Shown: positions 36,805 to 47,237 of the stretch, piece by piece | Layout of the letters: the number at the start of each line of letters is the position of its first letter | Numbering within the stretch: the stretch's first letter is position 1 | From: an uncultured Actinomycetes bacterium | GTDB taxonomy: Bacteria; Actinomycetota; Aquicultoria; Subteraquimicrobiales; CAMTWV01 | DNA: 64,000 bases | Assembly (NCBI GenBank): GCA_947085535.1 | Contig: CAMTWV010000002.1 | Location: forward strand, 94,199 to 158,198 | Direction of reading: 5' to 3' | Notes under the pieces: model-generated | Told to the model about the DNA's origin: nothing | The model's input: only the letters and a program-made list of their open reading frames with translations | Databases searched by the model: none | Program-made: the position numbers and the translations under genes

Positions 36805-37449
36805 TTAACCTTCGCATATTAATTTTTTAATGGGAGAAAAGTTTTTCCGATGGATTTTTGACGGACCCCATCGGGCAAGTGCTTCCTGGTGATATTTTGT
36901 TCCGTATCCTTTGTTGAAAGAGAACCCAAAGCTGGGAAACTCTTTATCGAGTTTATCCATAATTCTATCTCGTGTAACCTTGCACACTATTGAGGCAGCA
37001 GCAATGCACGCACTTATGGAGTCACCTTTAATTAAAGCTTTATTGGGAATTTCCAAATTGGGCAGAAGATAGCCGTCAGAAAGAACAAAATCGGGCTTAA
37101 CTGAAAGTTTTTTAACCGCTTCTTTGAGACATTCAAGATTTGTTTTTTGCAGTCCGAGAGCTTCGATTTTTTTTACGTCAAAAATAGCGACGCTCCAAAA
37201 GCAAGAATCAGTAATTGTTTTAAATAGTTTTTCTCGAGTCTTAGGAGTTATTTGCTTGCAATCTTTTAATCCAGAAATAAAAACATTTTGAGGAATGATA
37301 ACTGCGGCAGCAACCAGCGGTCCAGCCCAGGCACCCCTTCCTGATTCATCAACACCAGCAATTAGCTGGTATTTCTTACTGCGTAAATCATTTTCAATTT
37401 GACACAAATTTTTAAAATCTTCAATTTCGAGGTTATCCTTGGCTTTCAT
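36805..37449 (-). CDS. rnhB: Ribonuclease HII
   Basis: 214 aa. GVDESGRGAWAGP and DSK-type motifs. Confidence 0.93.
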   Translation of the reverse strand: MKAKDNLEIEDFKNLCQIENDLRSKKYQLIAGVDESGRGAWAGPLVAAAVIIPQNVFISGLKDCKQITPKTREKLFKTITDSCFWSVAIFDVKKIEALGLQKTNLECLKEAVKKLSVKPDFVLSDGYLLPNLEIPNKALIKGDSISACIAAASIVCKVTRDRIMDKLDKEFPSFGFSFNKGYGTKYHQEALARWGPSKIHRKNFSPIKKLICEG

Positions 37450-38045
37450 TCTCGACCTATTAAAGCAATTCTGTGAGGGGGCCAGTAAGTTAAAATTGCT
37501 TTTCCAATTATTGTGTCTTTATCTATGGGTCCGAAAATTCGACTGTCCTGACTGCTTGGACGGTTATCTCCCATCACAAATAATTTGTCTTCAGGGATAG
37601 TTATAGGTCCAAAGTTGCTCAAATCAGGCATATTAATCAAATAAGGTTCATCAATTTTTTTGCCGTTGATGTAAACAATGCCACTTTTAACCTCAATAGC
37701 TTCGCCCTCAGTAGCGATAACTCGTTTAATGTAGTCTTTGTGAGAGTCAAAGGGTGCTTCAAAAACAATGATATCGCTTCTTTTGGGTTCTCCTAGCCAG
37801 TAGGAAAATCTGGCGACTAATACACGGTCGCCGGGGTAAAAAGTGGGTTCCATTGAACTACTTGGAATCATGAACGGTTGAACAATAATGGTTTTAAGCA
37901 AAAAAGCTAAAATGTAGGCAATTACGAGGATAAAGAAGACTTCTTTTATAAATACCCAGACTAAGTTAACAGGTCTTTCAGATTTGGTTTGTTCAAAAGA
38001 ATCAGAACCAGACTCCTCAAAATCTTCTTCGTTATTCAAATCCAC
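37446..38045 (-). CDS. lepB: Signal peptidase I
   Basis: 199 aa. GTG start, TM helix, catalytic-Ser motif SSSMEPT, KRVIA and GDNRPSSQDSR motifs. Confidence 0.9.
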   Translation of the reverse strand: MDLNNEEDFEESGSDSFEQTKSERPVNLVWVFIKEVFFILVIAYILAFLLKTIIVQPFMIPSSSMEPTFYPGDRVLVARFSYWLGEPKRSDIIVFEAPFDSHKDYIKRVIATEGEAIEVKSGIVYINGKKIDEPYLINMPDLSNFGPITIPEDKLFVMGDNRPSSQDSRIFGPIDKDTIIGKAILTYWPPHRIALIGRE

Positions 38046-38057
38046 GCTTTCCTTTCC

Positions 38058-38408
38058 TTAAGAGTCCTGTCTTTTTTCTTTAATTCGAGATGCTTTGCCA
38101 ATTTTTTCACGCAGGTAATAAAGTCGGGCTCGTCGTACTTTTCCTTTCGTTGAAACTTCAATTTTGGAAATTCGGGGGGAATGCAGTGGGAATGTTTTCT
38201 CTACCCCTACACCAAAAGAAATTTTTCTTACCGTGAAGGTTGATTTAATTCCACTTCCCTGTTTTCTGATGACTGTGCCTTGAAAGACTTGAATTCTTTC
38301 ACGGCCACTTTCACTGATTTTGTAGTGGACTTTAACTGTATCGCCTGTATCAAAAACAGGCAAATCTTGTCTCATATTCTCTTTTTCGTAAACATCGATT
38401 TCCTGCAT
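38058..38408 (-). CDS. rplS: 50S ribosomal protein L19
   Basis: 116 aa. Typical L19 sequence ([26 protein letters not shown]). Confidence 0.96.
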   Translation of the reverse strand: MQEIDVYEKENMRQDLPVFDTGDTVKVHYKISESGRERIQVFQGTVIRKQGSGIKSTFTVRKISFGVGVEKTFPLHSPRISKIEVSTKGKVRRARLYYLREKIGKASRIKEKRQDS

Positions 38409-38470
38409 CGTAGTCGCCTCCTTAAATCAAACAAAGTCGAATTATAACACAGTTCATTTTGGATTAAAAG

Positions 38471-39214
38471 TTATTTTGAGATTAGCCCTTTTATTTCTTT
38501 AAGGATTTCTTTCTCTTCTTCAGTTAAGGAGTCTTCGTAAATTAAATCAGGACGTCTTGCAAGTGTCTTTTCTAAAGATTTGCGTATTCGCCACTTCCTT
38601 ATAGCTTCATGATGACCACTTATGAGAATCTCAGGCACTGCCCAGCCTTGCCATTCGCGAGGACGAGTATATTGGGGGTATTCCAGAAGACCGCGGGTAA
38701 ATGTTTCTTCGGCAAGAGACTCACGTTTGCCGAGCACTCCAGGAACTAAACGAATAACACTGTCAACTAACGCCATAGCTGCATATTCTCCTCCTGAAAG
38801 AATATAATCCCCAATTGAAATTTCATCAGTTGCCAGATTTTCGTGGACTCTTTCGTCAATTCCCTCATATCTTCCGCAAAGAACAATAAGGTGCTTTTCT
38901 CTTGATAGCTCTTCGGCTAAACGTTGATTAAAAGGTTTGCCCTGGGGGGTAAGTAAAATAACTCTTGGTTTTCCTGAAATTGAATTTTTAGAGATGGATT
39001 CAACAGCTTCAAAAAATGGCCCAGGTTTCATAACCATACCAAAACCTCCGCCATAAGGTGCATCATCAATTTGAGAATGCTTATTATGCACATAATCTCG
39101 CAGATTATGTAACTTAACATCAACAAGCTTTTTTTCAAGAGCTATTTTAATAACGCCCTCTTTCAGGGTTGACTCAAACATTTGAGGGAAAATAGTGATG
39201 ATATCGATTTTCAT
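38471..39214 (-). CDS. trmD: tRNA (guanine37-N1)-methyltransferase
   Basis: MKIDIITIFPQMF... and GRYEGIDERV motifs. Start moved to the ATG at 39212-39214, with TAGGAG 7 nt upstream. The ORF-track start at 39253 would overlap rimM. Confidence 0.95.
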   Translation of the reverse strand: MKIDIITIFPQMFESTLKEGVIKIALEKKLVDVKLHNLRDYVHNKHSQIDDAPYGGGFGMVMKPGPFFEAVESISKNSISGKPRVILLTPQGKPFNQRLAEELSREKHLIVLCGRYEGIDERVHENLATDEISIGDYILSGGEYAAMALVDSVIRLVPGVLGKRESLAEETFTRGLLEYPQYTRPREWQGWAVPEILISGHHEAIRKWRIRKSLEKTLARRPDLIYEDSLTEEEKEILKEIKGLISK

Positions 39215-39224
39215 AGAAGTACTC

Positions 39225-39734
39225 CTAAAATAAGCCTGGTATCCTTGACACAACCATTCGTTTTCGTTTTAAGTCAATTTTTTTAATTACTTCTTTAATG
39301 GCAGGTATTAAAATTTCGGTTTGTTCATTCGAAATCACGTAAACATCATTTGCCGGCGTTTTTATTATCTCCTTGATTATACCAAGAAGTTCGCCTTCTT
39401 CCGTAAAAACATCAAGACCAATGATTTGGTAAATCCAGAAGTGTCCTTTGGGCAATTTTTTTGTTTCGTTAGACGGGACTTCGAGCCAATATTCGACAAT
39501 TTCATTTGCTTCGCCTCGATTATTAATTTCTTCAAATTTAACCAGTCCGAAATCGCCCCTAAAAGAAGCATGTTCAACTTTGAGGGTTTGATATTTGCCG
39601 TGTGGCGGATAAACATAGAATATTTGTCCTTTGGCAAATCTTTCAGGAAAATCTGTGTGGCTTGCCACTTTAGTCAAGCCTTTTGTGCCATGAACAGAAA
39701 CAATTTTACCGACAGCTATGAACTCATCAGCCAT
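39225..39734 (-). CDS. rimM: 16S rRNA processing protein RimM
   Basis: 169 aa. VGKIVSVHGTKG N-terminus and a PRC-barrel C-terminus. Confidence 0.92.
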   Translation of the reverse strand: MADEFIAVGKIVSVHGTKGLTKVASHTDFPERFAKGQIFYVYPPHGKYQTLKVEHASFRGDFGLVKFEEINNRGEANEIVEYWLEVPSNETKKLPKGHFWIYQIIGLDVFTEEGELLGIIKEIIKTPANDVYVISNEQTEILIPAIKEVIKKIDLKRKRMVVSRIPGLF

Positions 39735-39780
39735 ACTATCATTATTAATTGTAAATTGAAAATTGTAAATTGTAAAAAAC

Positions 39781-39975
39781 AGTTAGCAGATGGCAGATAG
39801 CTTATGGGAGAGGGATTAGTGAAGAGAGAGGAGTCTGGAGGAAAAAATCTTTTAGTATCCCTTTAGACTTCCTGCCTGCCCTGTCTGCCGACAGGCAGGC
39901 ATCAGACACGGTAGACCCATCCCTTTTCCCTAAATTAACTGGAAGCTGGTAACTGTGCTATTAGCTATCGAGGCT
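39781..39975 (-). repeat. Intergenic repeat element, copy D (long form, inverted relative to copy A, with inserted GC hairpin)
   Basis: The reverse complement is collinear with 244-413. The core 39801-39841 matches at 38/41. An extra segment, 39871-39901, carries the TGTCTGCCGACAGGCAGG hairpin shared with copy B. It is flanked by a TGTAAATTG-type AT-rich tandem at 39749-39779. Confidence 0.8.
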
Positions 39976-40035
39976 GTAAAGCTGAGCTATGTCGCTATGT
40001 CGAGAGACGATTGAAATAAAGAAGGCGGATAAAAA

Positions 40036-40266
40036 TCAATCGATAATTTCAACAATTGCTCTTTTGTTTTCTTTAGCTGCGGCAGCTCCCACAATTACTC
40101 TAAGGGCTTTAGCTATCCTTCCCTCTTTACCGATTACTTTACCAATGTCGTCGGGAGCAACTTTTAATTGCAAAATGACAGATTTCGCACCTTCTACTAT
40201 GCTAACATCAACTTCCTCGGGAGTGTCCACAAGCGCTCGGGCTAACGTCTCTAACAGTTCTTTCAA
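40036..40266 (-). CDS. ylqC: KH-domain RNA-binding protein (YlqC family)
   Basis: 76 aa. VIGKEGRIAKALR GxxG motif, at the conserved position after rpsP. Confidence 0.88.
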   Translation of the reverse strand: MKELLETLARALVDTPEEVDVSIVEGAKSVILQLKVAPDDIGKVIGKEGRIAKALRVIVGAAAAKENKRAIVEIID

Positions 40267-40320
40267 CTCAGCACCTCCTATTCTTTCTCAACGGGTTTCG
40301 CTTTGGTTGACGCCTTGGAT

Positions 40321-40677
40321 TTAGACGGTTTTTTTTGCCTCAACAGTCTTTTTTGCTGGAGCTTTTTTAGCGGTAACTTTTTCTTCTGGCAACTTTTCTT
40401 TTGACTCTACTTTCTTTTCTACTTTTTTTGTAGGAAGAGCTATATTTGCAATTTTAAGCAGCTTTTCCACTGTATTAGTAGGTTTCGCTCCTTGCGAAAG
40501 CCATAATAACGCTCTTTCTTCATCCATTTTCACAAAGGAGGGTTCTTGCCTCGGATCATATTGACCAATGATTTCGATAAATCTACCATCTCTCGGCATC
40601 CGAGAATCTGCTATAACAACACGGTAAAATGGCTTATTCTTGCTGCCCCCTCTGCTTAATCTGATTTTGACTGCCAA
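40321..40677 (-). CDS. rpsP: 30S ribosomal protein S16 with a Lys/Ala/Glu-rich C-terminal tail
   Basis: [22 protein letters not shown]-terminus. The last ~37 aa are the low-complexity K/E/A tail. Confidence 0.95.
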   Translation of the reverse strand: MAVKIRLSRGGSKNKPFYRVVIADSRMPRDGRFIEIIGQYDPRQEPSFVKMDEERALLWLSQGAKPTNTVEKLLKIANIALPTKKVEKKVESKEKLPEEKVTAKKAPAKKTVEAKKTV

Positions 40678-40695
40678 TCACTCACCTCCTTATTC

Positions 40696-42030
40696 TTATT
40701 TCATAAACGGAAAAAACTTTTTACCAAAAGGTACACGATTAATTTTACCAAACTGTTTCACTATTTTACGCATTTGTTCAAATTGTTTCAATAACTGATT
40801 TACATCCTGAATGGTTACACCACTTCCCTGCGCAATCCGAGCTCGTCTGTTTCCGTTTAAGATGTTTGAATTTTTTCTTTCCTCTGGCGTCATCGATTGG
40901 ATGATTGCCTGAGTACGCACAAAATATTTTTCATCTACTCGGGTATCATTGCTTTTTAATTTATCTAAACCGGGAAGCATTTCAAAAATCTGGTTAACAG
41001 GACCCATTTTCCTCAAGTCTTCAATTTGACTTAAAAAATCTTCCAAAGTTAGCTCTTGCTTTTTTAATTTATCTTCAATTTGTTTAGCTTTTTCGAGGTC
41101 GATTACCTCTTCAGCTTTTTCTACGAGTGTAAGAACATCGCCAAATCCTAAAATACGAGAGGCAATTCTATCAGGATAAAATATTTGCAAGCTATTAGAT
41201 TTTTCTCCAAAGCTAGCAAAATAAATTGGTTTTCCTGTGATGGATTTAACTGAAAGAGCAGCTCCACCGCGGGCATCACCATCAAGTTTGGTCATAATTA
41301 ATCCGTCTATTCCCACTTGCTCATTAAACGAAGAAGCAATATTTACAGCATCTTGACCTGTCATGGCATCGACAACCAAAAGTATGTAATGCGGGTGAAC
41401 CTCCTGTTTTATTCTAAGAAGCTCGTCTAACATTTCTTTATCAATATGAAGACGTCCAGCAGTATCTAAAATTACCGCGTCATAAAAGCCTGAAGAGGCT
41501 TCGCTTACTCCCTTTCGGGCAATTTCAACAGGAGATGTTTTTGGTCCCAATGAAAAAAATGGAACAGAAATTTCTTCACACAAAGTTTTTAGCTGGTCAA
41601 TAGCTGCGGGACGATAAATATCTGCTGCTATTAATAGAGTCTTTTTGTTTTGTTTTTTTAAAAAGTAAGCCAACTTTGCTGCTGTTGAAGTTTTTCCTGA
41701 ACCTTGAAGTCCGACAAGCATAAAAATGGTGGGCGGTTTAGAGGAGTAAGAAACTTTTTGAGGTGTGTTTCCCAGTAGCTCCACAAGTTCATCATGAACA
41801 ATTTTTATTATTTGTTGAGAAGGAGTCAGGCTTTTTGTAATTTCAGTTTTTTCTATTTTTCCTCTGATGTTTGAAATAAAATCTTTGACAACTTTAAAAT
41901 TGACATCGGCTTCGAGCAAAGCCAGTCGAATTTCTCTCAAGGTCTCATCAATGTCTTTTTCATTAATAAAACCGCGACTGCGAAGCTTTCGAAAAGTTTC
42001 ATTTAATCGTGAGGATAAGAGGTCAAACAA
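40696..42030 (-). CDS. ffh: Signal recognition particle protein Ffh
   Basis: 444 aa. GLQGSGKTST, DTAGR and TKLDGD motifs, with a Met-rich M domain. Confidence 0.97.
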   Translation of the reverse strand: MFDLLSSRLNETFRKLRSRGFINEKDIDETLREIRLALLEADVNFKVVKDFISNIRGKIEKTEITKSLTPSQQIIKIVHDELVELLGNTPQKVSYSSKPPTIFMLVGLQGSGKTSTAAKLAYFLKKQNKKTLLIAADIYRPAAIDQLKTLCEEISVPFFSLGPKTSPVEIARKGVSEASSGFYDAVILDTAGRLHIDKEMLDELLRIKQEVHPHYILLVVDAMTGQDAVNIASSFNEQVGIDGLIMTKLDGDARGGAALSVKSITGKPIYFASFGEKSNSLQIFYPDRIASRILGFGDVLTLVEKAEEVIDLEKAKQIEDKLKKQELTLEDFLSQIEDLRKMGPVNQIFEMLPGLDKLKSNDTRVDEKYFVRTQAIIQSMTPEERKNSNILNGNRRARIAQGSGVTIQDVNQLLKQFEQMRKIVKQFGKINRVPFGKKFFPFMK

Positions 42031-42044
42031 AGTCGTCTCCTTAT

Positions 42045-42971
42045 TTACTCTGACAAGAGGGCTTCCGTGAATTCATCAGGATTAAATTCACGCAAATCTT
42101 CCAAGCCCTCACCTATGCCAATTAGTTTAATGGGTATTTTTAGTTCGTCCTGAATAGCTATAACTATGCCGCCTCTGGCTGTACCGTCAAGCTTAGTCAG
42201 AATTATTCCATCAATACCCAGAGTTTCTTGAAAAACTTTTGCCTGGGTAATTCCGTTGTGTCCTGTCGTAGCATCAACCACAAGAAGTGTTTTTAAGTTC
42301 GCCTTGGGTGCCTCGCATTCAATTATGCGTTTAACCTTTTTTAGTTCTTCCATTAAATTTAAATAAGTATGCAGTCTTCCGGCCGTATCGATTAATAAAA
42401 CATTTGCTTTTCGGGCAAGTGCAGCGTGTACAGCATCAAAAGCTACAGCCGAAGGATTAGCGCCGCGTTTATGGCAAACACACTCAATGTCTAATTTTTT
42501 TGCCCAGACTTGAAGCTGTTCAATAGCAGCAGCCCTAAAAGTATCCGATGCGCAAAGTATTGGTTTTAAGTTTTTTTGCTTCACCTGATGGGCCATTTTT
42601 GCAATGGTAGTGGTTTTACCTGTGCCATTAACTCCCACAATTAAGAAGACATTTAGCTGATTGTCCTTTAAAAGTACATCCTCTTCCTTTCTTAAAATGG
42701 TTATTAATTCCCCCTTTAGATACTCCAAAATTTCCGGAGGATTTTTTAATTCGCCTCTTTTAACTTTCTCTTTTAAGTTGGAGACAAGCTTTATAGTAGT
42801 AGTCACACCTACATCAGCCCCAAGGAGTATTTCTTCGACTTTTTCCCAAACATGTTCTTCGAAACGAGTAAGTCGAGGAAAAATAGAAGAAAGCTCATGC
42901 GTAAGATTCTCGCGACTTTTTCTCAATCTTCTCTTAAGTTTTTCAAACAATTTTTCATCGGTAATTTTCAT
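42045..42971 (-). CDS. ftsY: SRP receptor FtsY
   Basis: 308 aa. GVNGTGKTTT, DTAGR and TKLDGT motifs. Confidence 0.95.
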   Translation of the reverse strand: MKITDEKLFEKLKRRLRKSRENLTHELSSIFPRLTRFEEHVWEKVEEILLGADVGVTTTIKLVSNLKEKVKRGELKNPPEILEYLKGELITILRKEEDVLLKDNQLNVFLIVGVNGTGKTTTIAKMAHQVKQKNLKPILCASDTFRAAAIEQLQVWAKKLDIECVCHKRGANPSAVAFDAVHAALARKANVLLIDTAGRLHTYLNLMEELKKVKRIIECEAPKANLKTLLVVDATTGHNGITQAKVFQETLGIDGIILTKLDGTARGGIVIAIQDELKIPIKLIGIGEGLEDLREFNPDEFTEALLSE

Positions 42972-45900
42972 ACTGCTTCACGCTCAGCGTTAAGTTTTTG
43001 TGAAATCAGTTTGGAAACACCATCAGCCTGCATGGTTGTGCCATAAATTGTGTCAGCCATTTCCATGGTTCGTTGCTGATGGGTGATGATTAGAAACTGA
43101 GTTTTGTCCTTTAACCTTAATAAAAGATTAATGAAGCGCTGAAGATTAGCTTCATCCAGAGACGCTTCAACTTCATCAAGGATGTAAAATGGGCTAGGCC
43201 TTGTAAAGTATAGGGCAAACAAGAAAGCTAAAGCAGCGAGTGCGGTTTCGCCCCCTGACAAAAGAGAAAGTTTCTGAAGTTTTTTCCCTTGCGGCTGAAT
43301 CTGTATCTCAATTCCTGACTCAAGAAGATTATCTTCTTTTTCTAAAACAATCTCAGCTTTTCCACCGGGAAATAAATAAGAAAAAACGGATTGGAAATTC
43401 TTATTAACTTCAACAAGAGTTTGGGCAAATTTTTCTTTTATTTTTTCATCTATTGCTCTGGTGACTTTTTCTAAAGCTTTTTTGCTATGCGATAAGTCAT
43501 TTATTTGTTCGTTCAAGAATTCATAACGCTCATCAAGCTCTTTAAATTCCTCAAGCGCCATGGGATTAACAGGACCCAGACTGCTTATTTTGCGCTTAAT
43601 TTCGCCAATTTTAGTCTGGCACTCAGAGTAAGAAATTTTTAGAGGATAATTTTCAAGTGCTTTCTCGAGCGGCGTATCGTATTCATCGACAATTTTTTCA
43701 ACAGCTGAGGTGATTTGTCCTTCCAACTGCACCCGACTTAATTCTTTTAAGCGTAAATCTTCTTGAAGTGTCTCTTTTTTTGCCTCGCATCCCTCTTTTT
43801 CTTCTTTAAGTTTTTTGAAAGCCCGCCTGATTTCTTCAAAGAATGTTTCATCCCCTGAAGCAATATCAGTCAGTTTCGCCGCCCACCAGTTTCCTTTTTC
43901 GTATAGGGCGGTAAAGAGCTCATAAGTGGGTTGTATGCGACCGACTAAAACTTCAAGCGCTTGAGAAATTTTGTGTTCGGATTCAGTTAAACTTTCAATT
44001 TCTCTTAAATCCTGATTTAATTTTTCTTTTTGCTGGTTTAGATGATTTTTTTGATTGACCAGCGATTTTAAATTAACTTCATTTTCCATTATTTTATGGC
44101 TGAGAGTAAGTTCTTCTTTATGGTTTGCATTTAATTCAACTTTGAAAACCTGGAGAGCTTCCTTTGCTTCATCTATTTTTGCTACAATATTTTTACTTTC
44201 TTTTGAGAAATTTTCTTTTGTGGTTTTGTCAATCTTTATTTCTTCACCAAGTTTATTTGACTCATTTTCAGCTTTTACTAAGTTATCTTTAAGCTTAATT
44301 AAGTCAGCCTCAAAATTGTGTATAGTCACTTTAAGAATTTCAATTTGAGAAGACTCATTGTTTAGCTTTTGTTGATATGAAGCTAAATTTTCTTTTGTTT
44401 GAGCGAGCCTTTCTTTATCTTTTTTAATTTCTGCCTCTAAAGTTGAAATCCCATGAGTTAATTTATTTTTTTCATCTTCAAGTGCTGTAAGCTCTCTTTT
44501 TCTATTTAAGATTTCCGAGGAATTGTTGCCAGCGATATTCCCGTAGCTTATTTTAAATGGGCAAAACACTTTGCCATTAGTTGTAACAAAAGTTAAATCA
44601 GAGCTTGTTTTATCGCTTAAACAACTGTCTTCGTTGATCAAATAAATATCTCTGGTTAGATACTCAATCGCCGATTTAAATTTTTCGTTTATTTCAATAA
44701 CGTCGCTTAATTTTTGTCCATTTGATTTGTGAGTATCAGGCATAGGAAGATTATTTATTGGAAGAAAAGAGATACCGCCCTGAATCGAGTTTCTTCGAAT
44801 AAGCCCAAGAGCATTTAAAGCCGTTTCTTTTGTGTCGCAAAGCACTGTGAATAAGTCAGGACCTAAAGCTGCCTCCAAAGCTTGTTCAAATTTAGGGGAA
44901 ATTTTAATTAAATCAATAAGGCAACCTGCTATGCCTTGAGGTTTGTTTTCTTTTTTTAATAACCAAGCTACTGCCTCAGGATAACCGGTTAAGTTGTTGT
45001 TCATGCCTTGAAGAGCATTGCTTTTTGATTTGCATTCAGCTGATTTTATTTTTAAGTCAGATAACTTCACCAGATGATTGTCTAATTTAAGTTGAACCTT
45101 ATTTAGTTCCTCTTCTAATTGTTTTATTTCTTTCCGGGAGTTTTTAATGTTACCCTCAAACCCTTCTCTTTCTTTGCTTTTAGCTTCAATTAACTTATTT
45201 AGCTCACTTATTTTTGTGAGATTAGAATTTCTTTCCGAGTCGATGAGTTTTAATTTTTCTTCGTTAAGGGTAATTTTTCTGTCAATATCAGATAACTTGT
45301 GCTGAATTTCAGAAAGATAAGCAGTGTTTTTATTAAGCGTCTCTTCCAAATTTTCAATCGTTTCTTCCAGATTAGAGCTTTTCTTAGTTTGATTTTCTTG
45401 AGAATTTTTAAGTTCATTTAAAGTATTTTCAATATGGCTTATTTCTTCCTCTGTTTTTTTCTTTCTATCATTTGTTTCTGTTATCTCTTTGTTCTTTTGG
45501 GTCTTTTGTTTTTCAAGCCGGTAAATTTCCTGCCGAATCTCGCTCATTTTTTCAATTAAGTGTTTACCTTTTTCCTCTAAAAGCAACATACTGCTATGAA
45601 GTCTTTCCTGAATAGCAGCAAGATGTCTTCTTTGTTCACTTAAATTTCCGGTAAAAAGTCTTTTCTCCTCTAAAGAGATCTGAAACTCTTCAATTTGGGT
45701 TTCTTTTTGTTTAAATTCATTTTTAAAAGTTTCAAAGCTTTCTTTTAACTGCTTTTCCTCTAAATTAAGCTTTTCCCATCTCTTTTGCATCTCTTTTAAT
45801 TCGAAAATTGTCTGACTTAGCTCTAACGTTTTTAACTCGTCGGTCAGCTTCTGGTATTCTTGAGCTTTTTCCGCCTGAGATTTTATGGGTCTAAGTTGAC

Positions 45901-46501
45901 GATGTACTTCTTGAGAAATATCTCGAATTCTTGATAGAGTTTGCTCCATTGACTCCAATTTTTTAATTGCCTTTTCTTTCCTTTTCTTATACTTCAATAC
46001 ATGAGCAACTTCCTCAATTAGAAGCCTTTTTTCTTCTGGCTTACTGGTTAAAATTTCTTCTAATTTCCCCTGACTGATAACAGAGTGGCACTCCCTTCCC
46101 ATTGCGGAGTCAGATAATAATTCCTGGATATCAAACAGTCGGCAAGGGGAATTATTTATGAAGTACTCTGAATCACCTGAGCGAAACAGACGGCGGCTAA
46201 TTGTTACCTCAGAAAATTCCAGGGGTATACTTTTATCTGAATTATCCATACAAAGAGTAATCTCGGCTAAGCCTAATGCTGGACGAGCGCTACTACCAGC
46301 AAAAATTACATCTTCCATAGCAGTGCCTCTAAGCGAGCGTGGACTTTGCTCTCCCAGCACCCAGAGGACTGCATCAGAAATATTACTTTTGCCGCTGCCG
46401 TTTGGACCTGCAATTACAGTTATTCCTGGTTTAAACTTTAAAATTGTTTTATCAGCAAAGGATTTAAATCCTTTGAGCGTTAAAGATTTAAGATACATCA
46501 A
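42968..46501 (-). CDS. smc: Chromosome segregation protein SMC
   Basis: 1177 aa. Walker A GPNGSGKSN, long coiled coils, hinge, signature LSGGE, Walker B ILDEVEASLD. Confidence 0.96.
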   Translation of the reverse strand: MMYLKSLTLKGFKSFADKTILKFKPGITVIAGPNGSGKSNISDAVLWVLGEQSPRSLRGTAMEDVIFAGSSARPALGLAEITLCMDNSDKSIPLEFSEVTISRRLFRSGDSEYFINNSPCRLFDIQELLSDSAMGRECHSVISQGKLEEILTSKPEEKRLLIEEVAHVLKYKKRKEKAIKKLESMEQTLSRIRDISQEVHRQLRPIKSQAEKAQEYQKLTDELKTLELSQTIFELKEMQKRWEKLNLEEKQLKESFETFKNEFKQKETQIEEFQISLEEKRLFTGNLSEQRRHLAAIQERLHSSMLLLEEKGKHLIEKMSEIRQEIYRLEKQKTQKNKEITETNDRKKKTEEEISHIENTLNELKNSQENQTKKSSNLEETIENLEETLNKNTAYLSEIQHKLSDIDRKITLNEEKLKLIDSERNSNLTKISELNKLIEAKSKEREGFEGNIKNSRKEIKQLEEELNKVQLKLDNHLVKLSDLKIKSAECKSKSNALQGMNNNLTGYPEAVAWLLKKENKPQGIAGCLIDLIKISPKFEQALEAALGPDLFTVLCDTKETALNALGLIRRNSIQGGISFLPINNLPMPDTHKSNGQKLSDVIEINEKFKSAIEYLTRDIYLINEDSCLSDKTSSDLTFVTTNGKVFCPFKISYGNIAGNNSSEILNRKRELTALEDEKNKLTHGISTLEAEIKKDKERLAQTKENLASYQQKLNNESSQIEILKVTIHNFEADLIKLKDNLVKAENESNKLGEEIKIDKTTKENFSKESKNIVAKIDEAKEALQVFKVELNANHKEELTLSHKIMENEVNLKSLVNQKNHLNQQKEKLNQDLREIESLTESEHKISQALEVLVGRIQPTYELFTALYEKGNWWAAKLTDIASGDETFFEEIRRAFKKLKEEKEGCEAKKETLQEDLRLKELSRVQLEGQITSAVEKIVDEYDTPLEKALENYPLKISYSECQTKIGEIKRKISSLGPVNPMALEEFKELDERYEFLNEQINDLSHSKKALEKVTRAIDEKIKEKFAQTLVEVNKNFQSVFSYLFPGGKAEIVLEKEDNLLESGIEIQIQPQGKKLQKLSLLSGGETALAALAFLFALYFTRPSPFYILDEVEASLDEANLQRFINLLLRLKDKTQFLIITHQQRTMEMADTIYGTTMQADGVSKLISQKLNAEREAV

Positions 46502-46523
46502 TGCCTCTTTGTCAAAGTTGATA

Positions 46524-47237
46524 TTATTTAATTATTTTTAAAGCTTTTAAGACTTCTTTAGCAGCTAACTGTTCAGCCTTCTTTTTACTGCCTGCTTTTC
46601 CCTGTTTTTTTATTTTCGAACCTATGTTTACCTCGACATGGTAAAGTCTATTATGTGGCGGACCTAATTCTGAAATAACTTTATATTCAGGCATAAGCTT
46701 AAATCTTTGAACAGCTTCTTCTTGCAGGGTTGTTTTAAAATCAAAAAACTTATTTTCGCTTGAAAGTTTTTCAATAACTTCGCCAAAGAGTTTTGTTAGA
46801 AACTTCTCCGCTTTCCTTAAACCCTGGTCGAGAAAGATAGCGCCAATAATAGCTTCAAAACAACCACTTAATATTGAAATATTTTCTTTAACCCCAGCGA
46901 GCTCAACACCCTTTCCGGTTTGCACAAAATTTTCCAGATTTAACTTTAGAGCTAATTCGTACAATGTCTCCGAGTTGACTGCTGCTGCTCGCAGTTTGGA
47001 CAGTTCACCCTCATTATAACTGGGGAATCTCGTGTAGATAAACTTGGTTATAGCAAAGTTAAGTACAGAATCCCCTAAAAACTCAAGTCTTTCATAGTTG
47101 TTAATTTTATCTTTAGACTCGAAAACAAACGAACGGTGTGTCAAAGCATTAGATAGAAGAGTTTTATCTTTAAATGAAACATTCAGAGCTTTTTCGGCTT
47201 GCTTAAGCAATTCAATTGAGATCATTTTTTTAATCAA
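46524..47237 (-). CDS. rnc: Ribonuclease III
   Basis: 237 aa. ERLEFLGDSVL signature and a C-terminal dsRBD. Confidence 0.95.
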   Translation of the reverse strand: MIKKMISIELLKQAEKALNVSFKDKTLLSNALTHRSFVFESKDKINNYERLEFLGDSVLNFAITKFIYTRFPSYNEGELSKLRAAAVNSETLYELALKLNLENFVQTGKGVELAGVKENISILSGCFEAIIGAIFLDQGLRKAEKFLTKLFGEVIEKLSSENKFFDFKTTLQEEAVQRFKLMPEYKVISELGPPHNRLYHVEVNIGSKIKKQGKAGSKKKAEQLAAKEVLKALKIIK

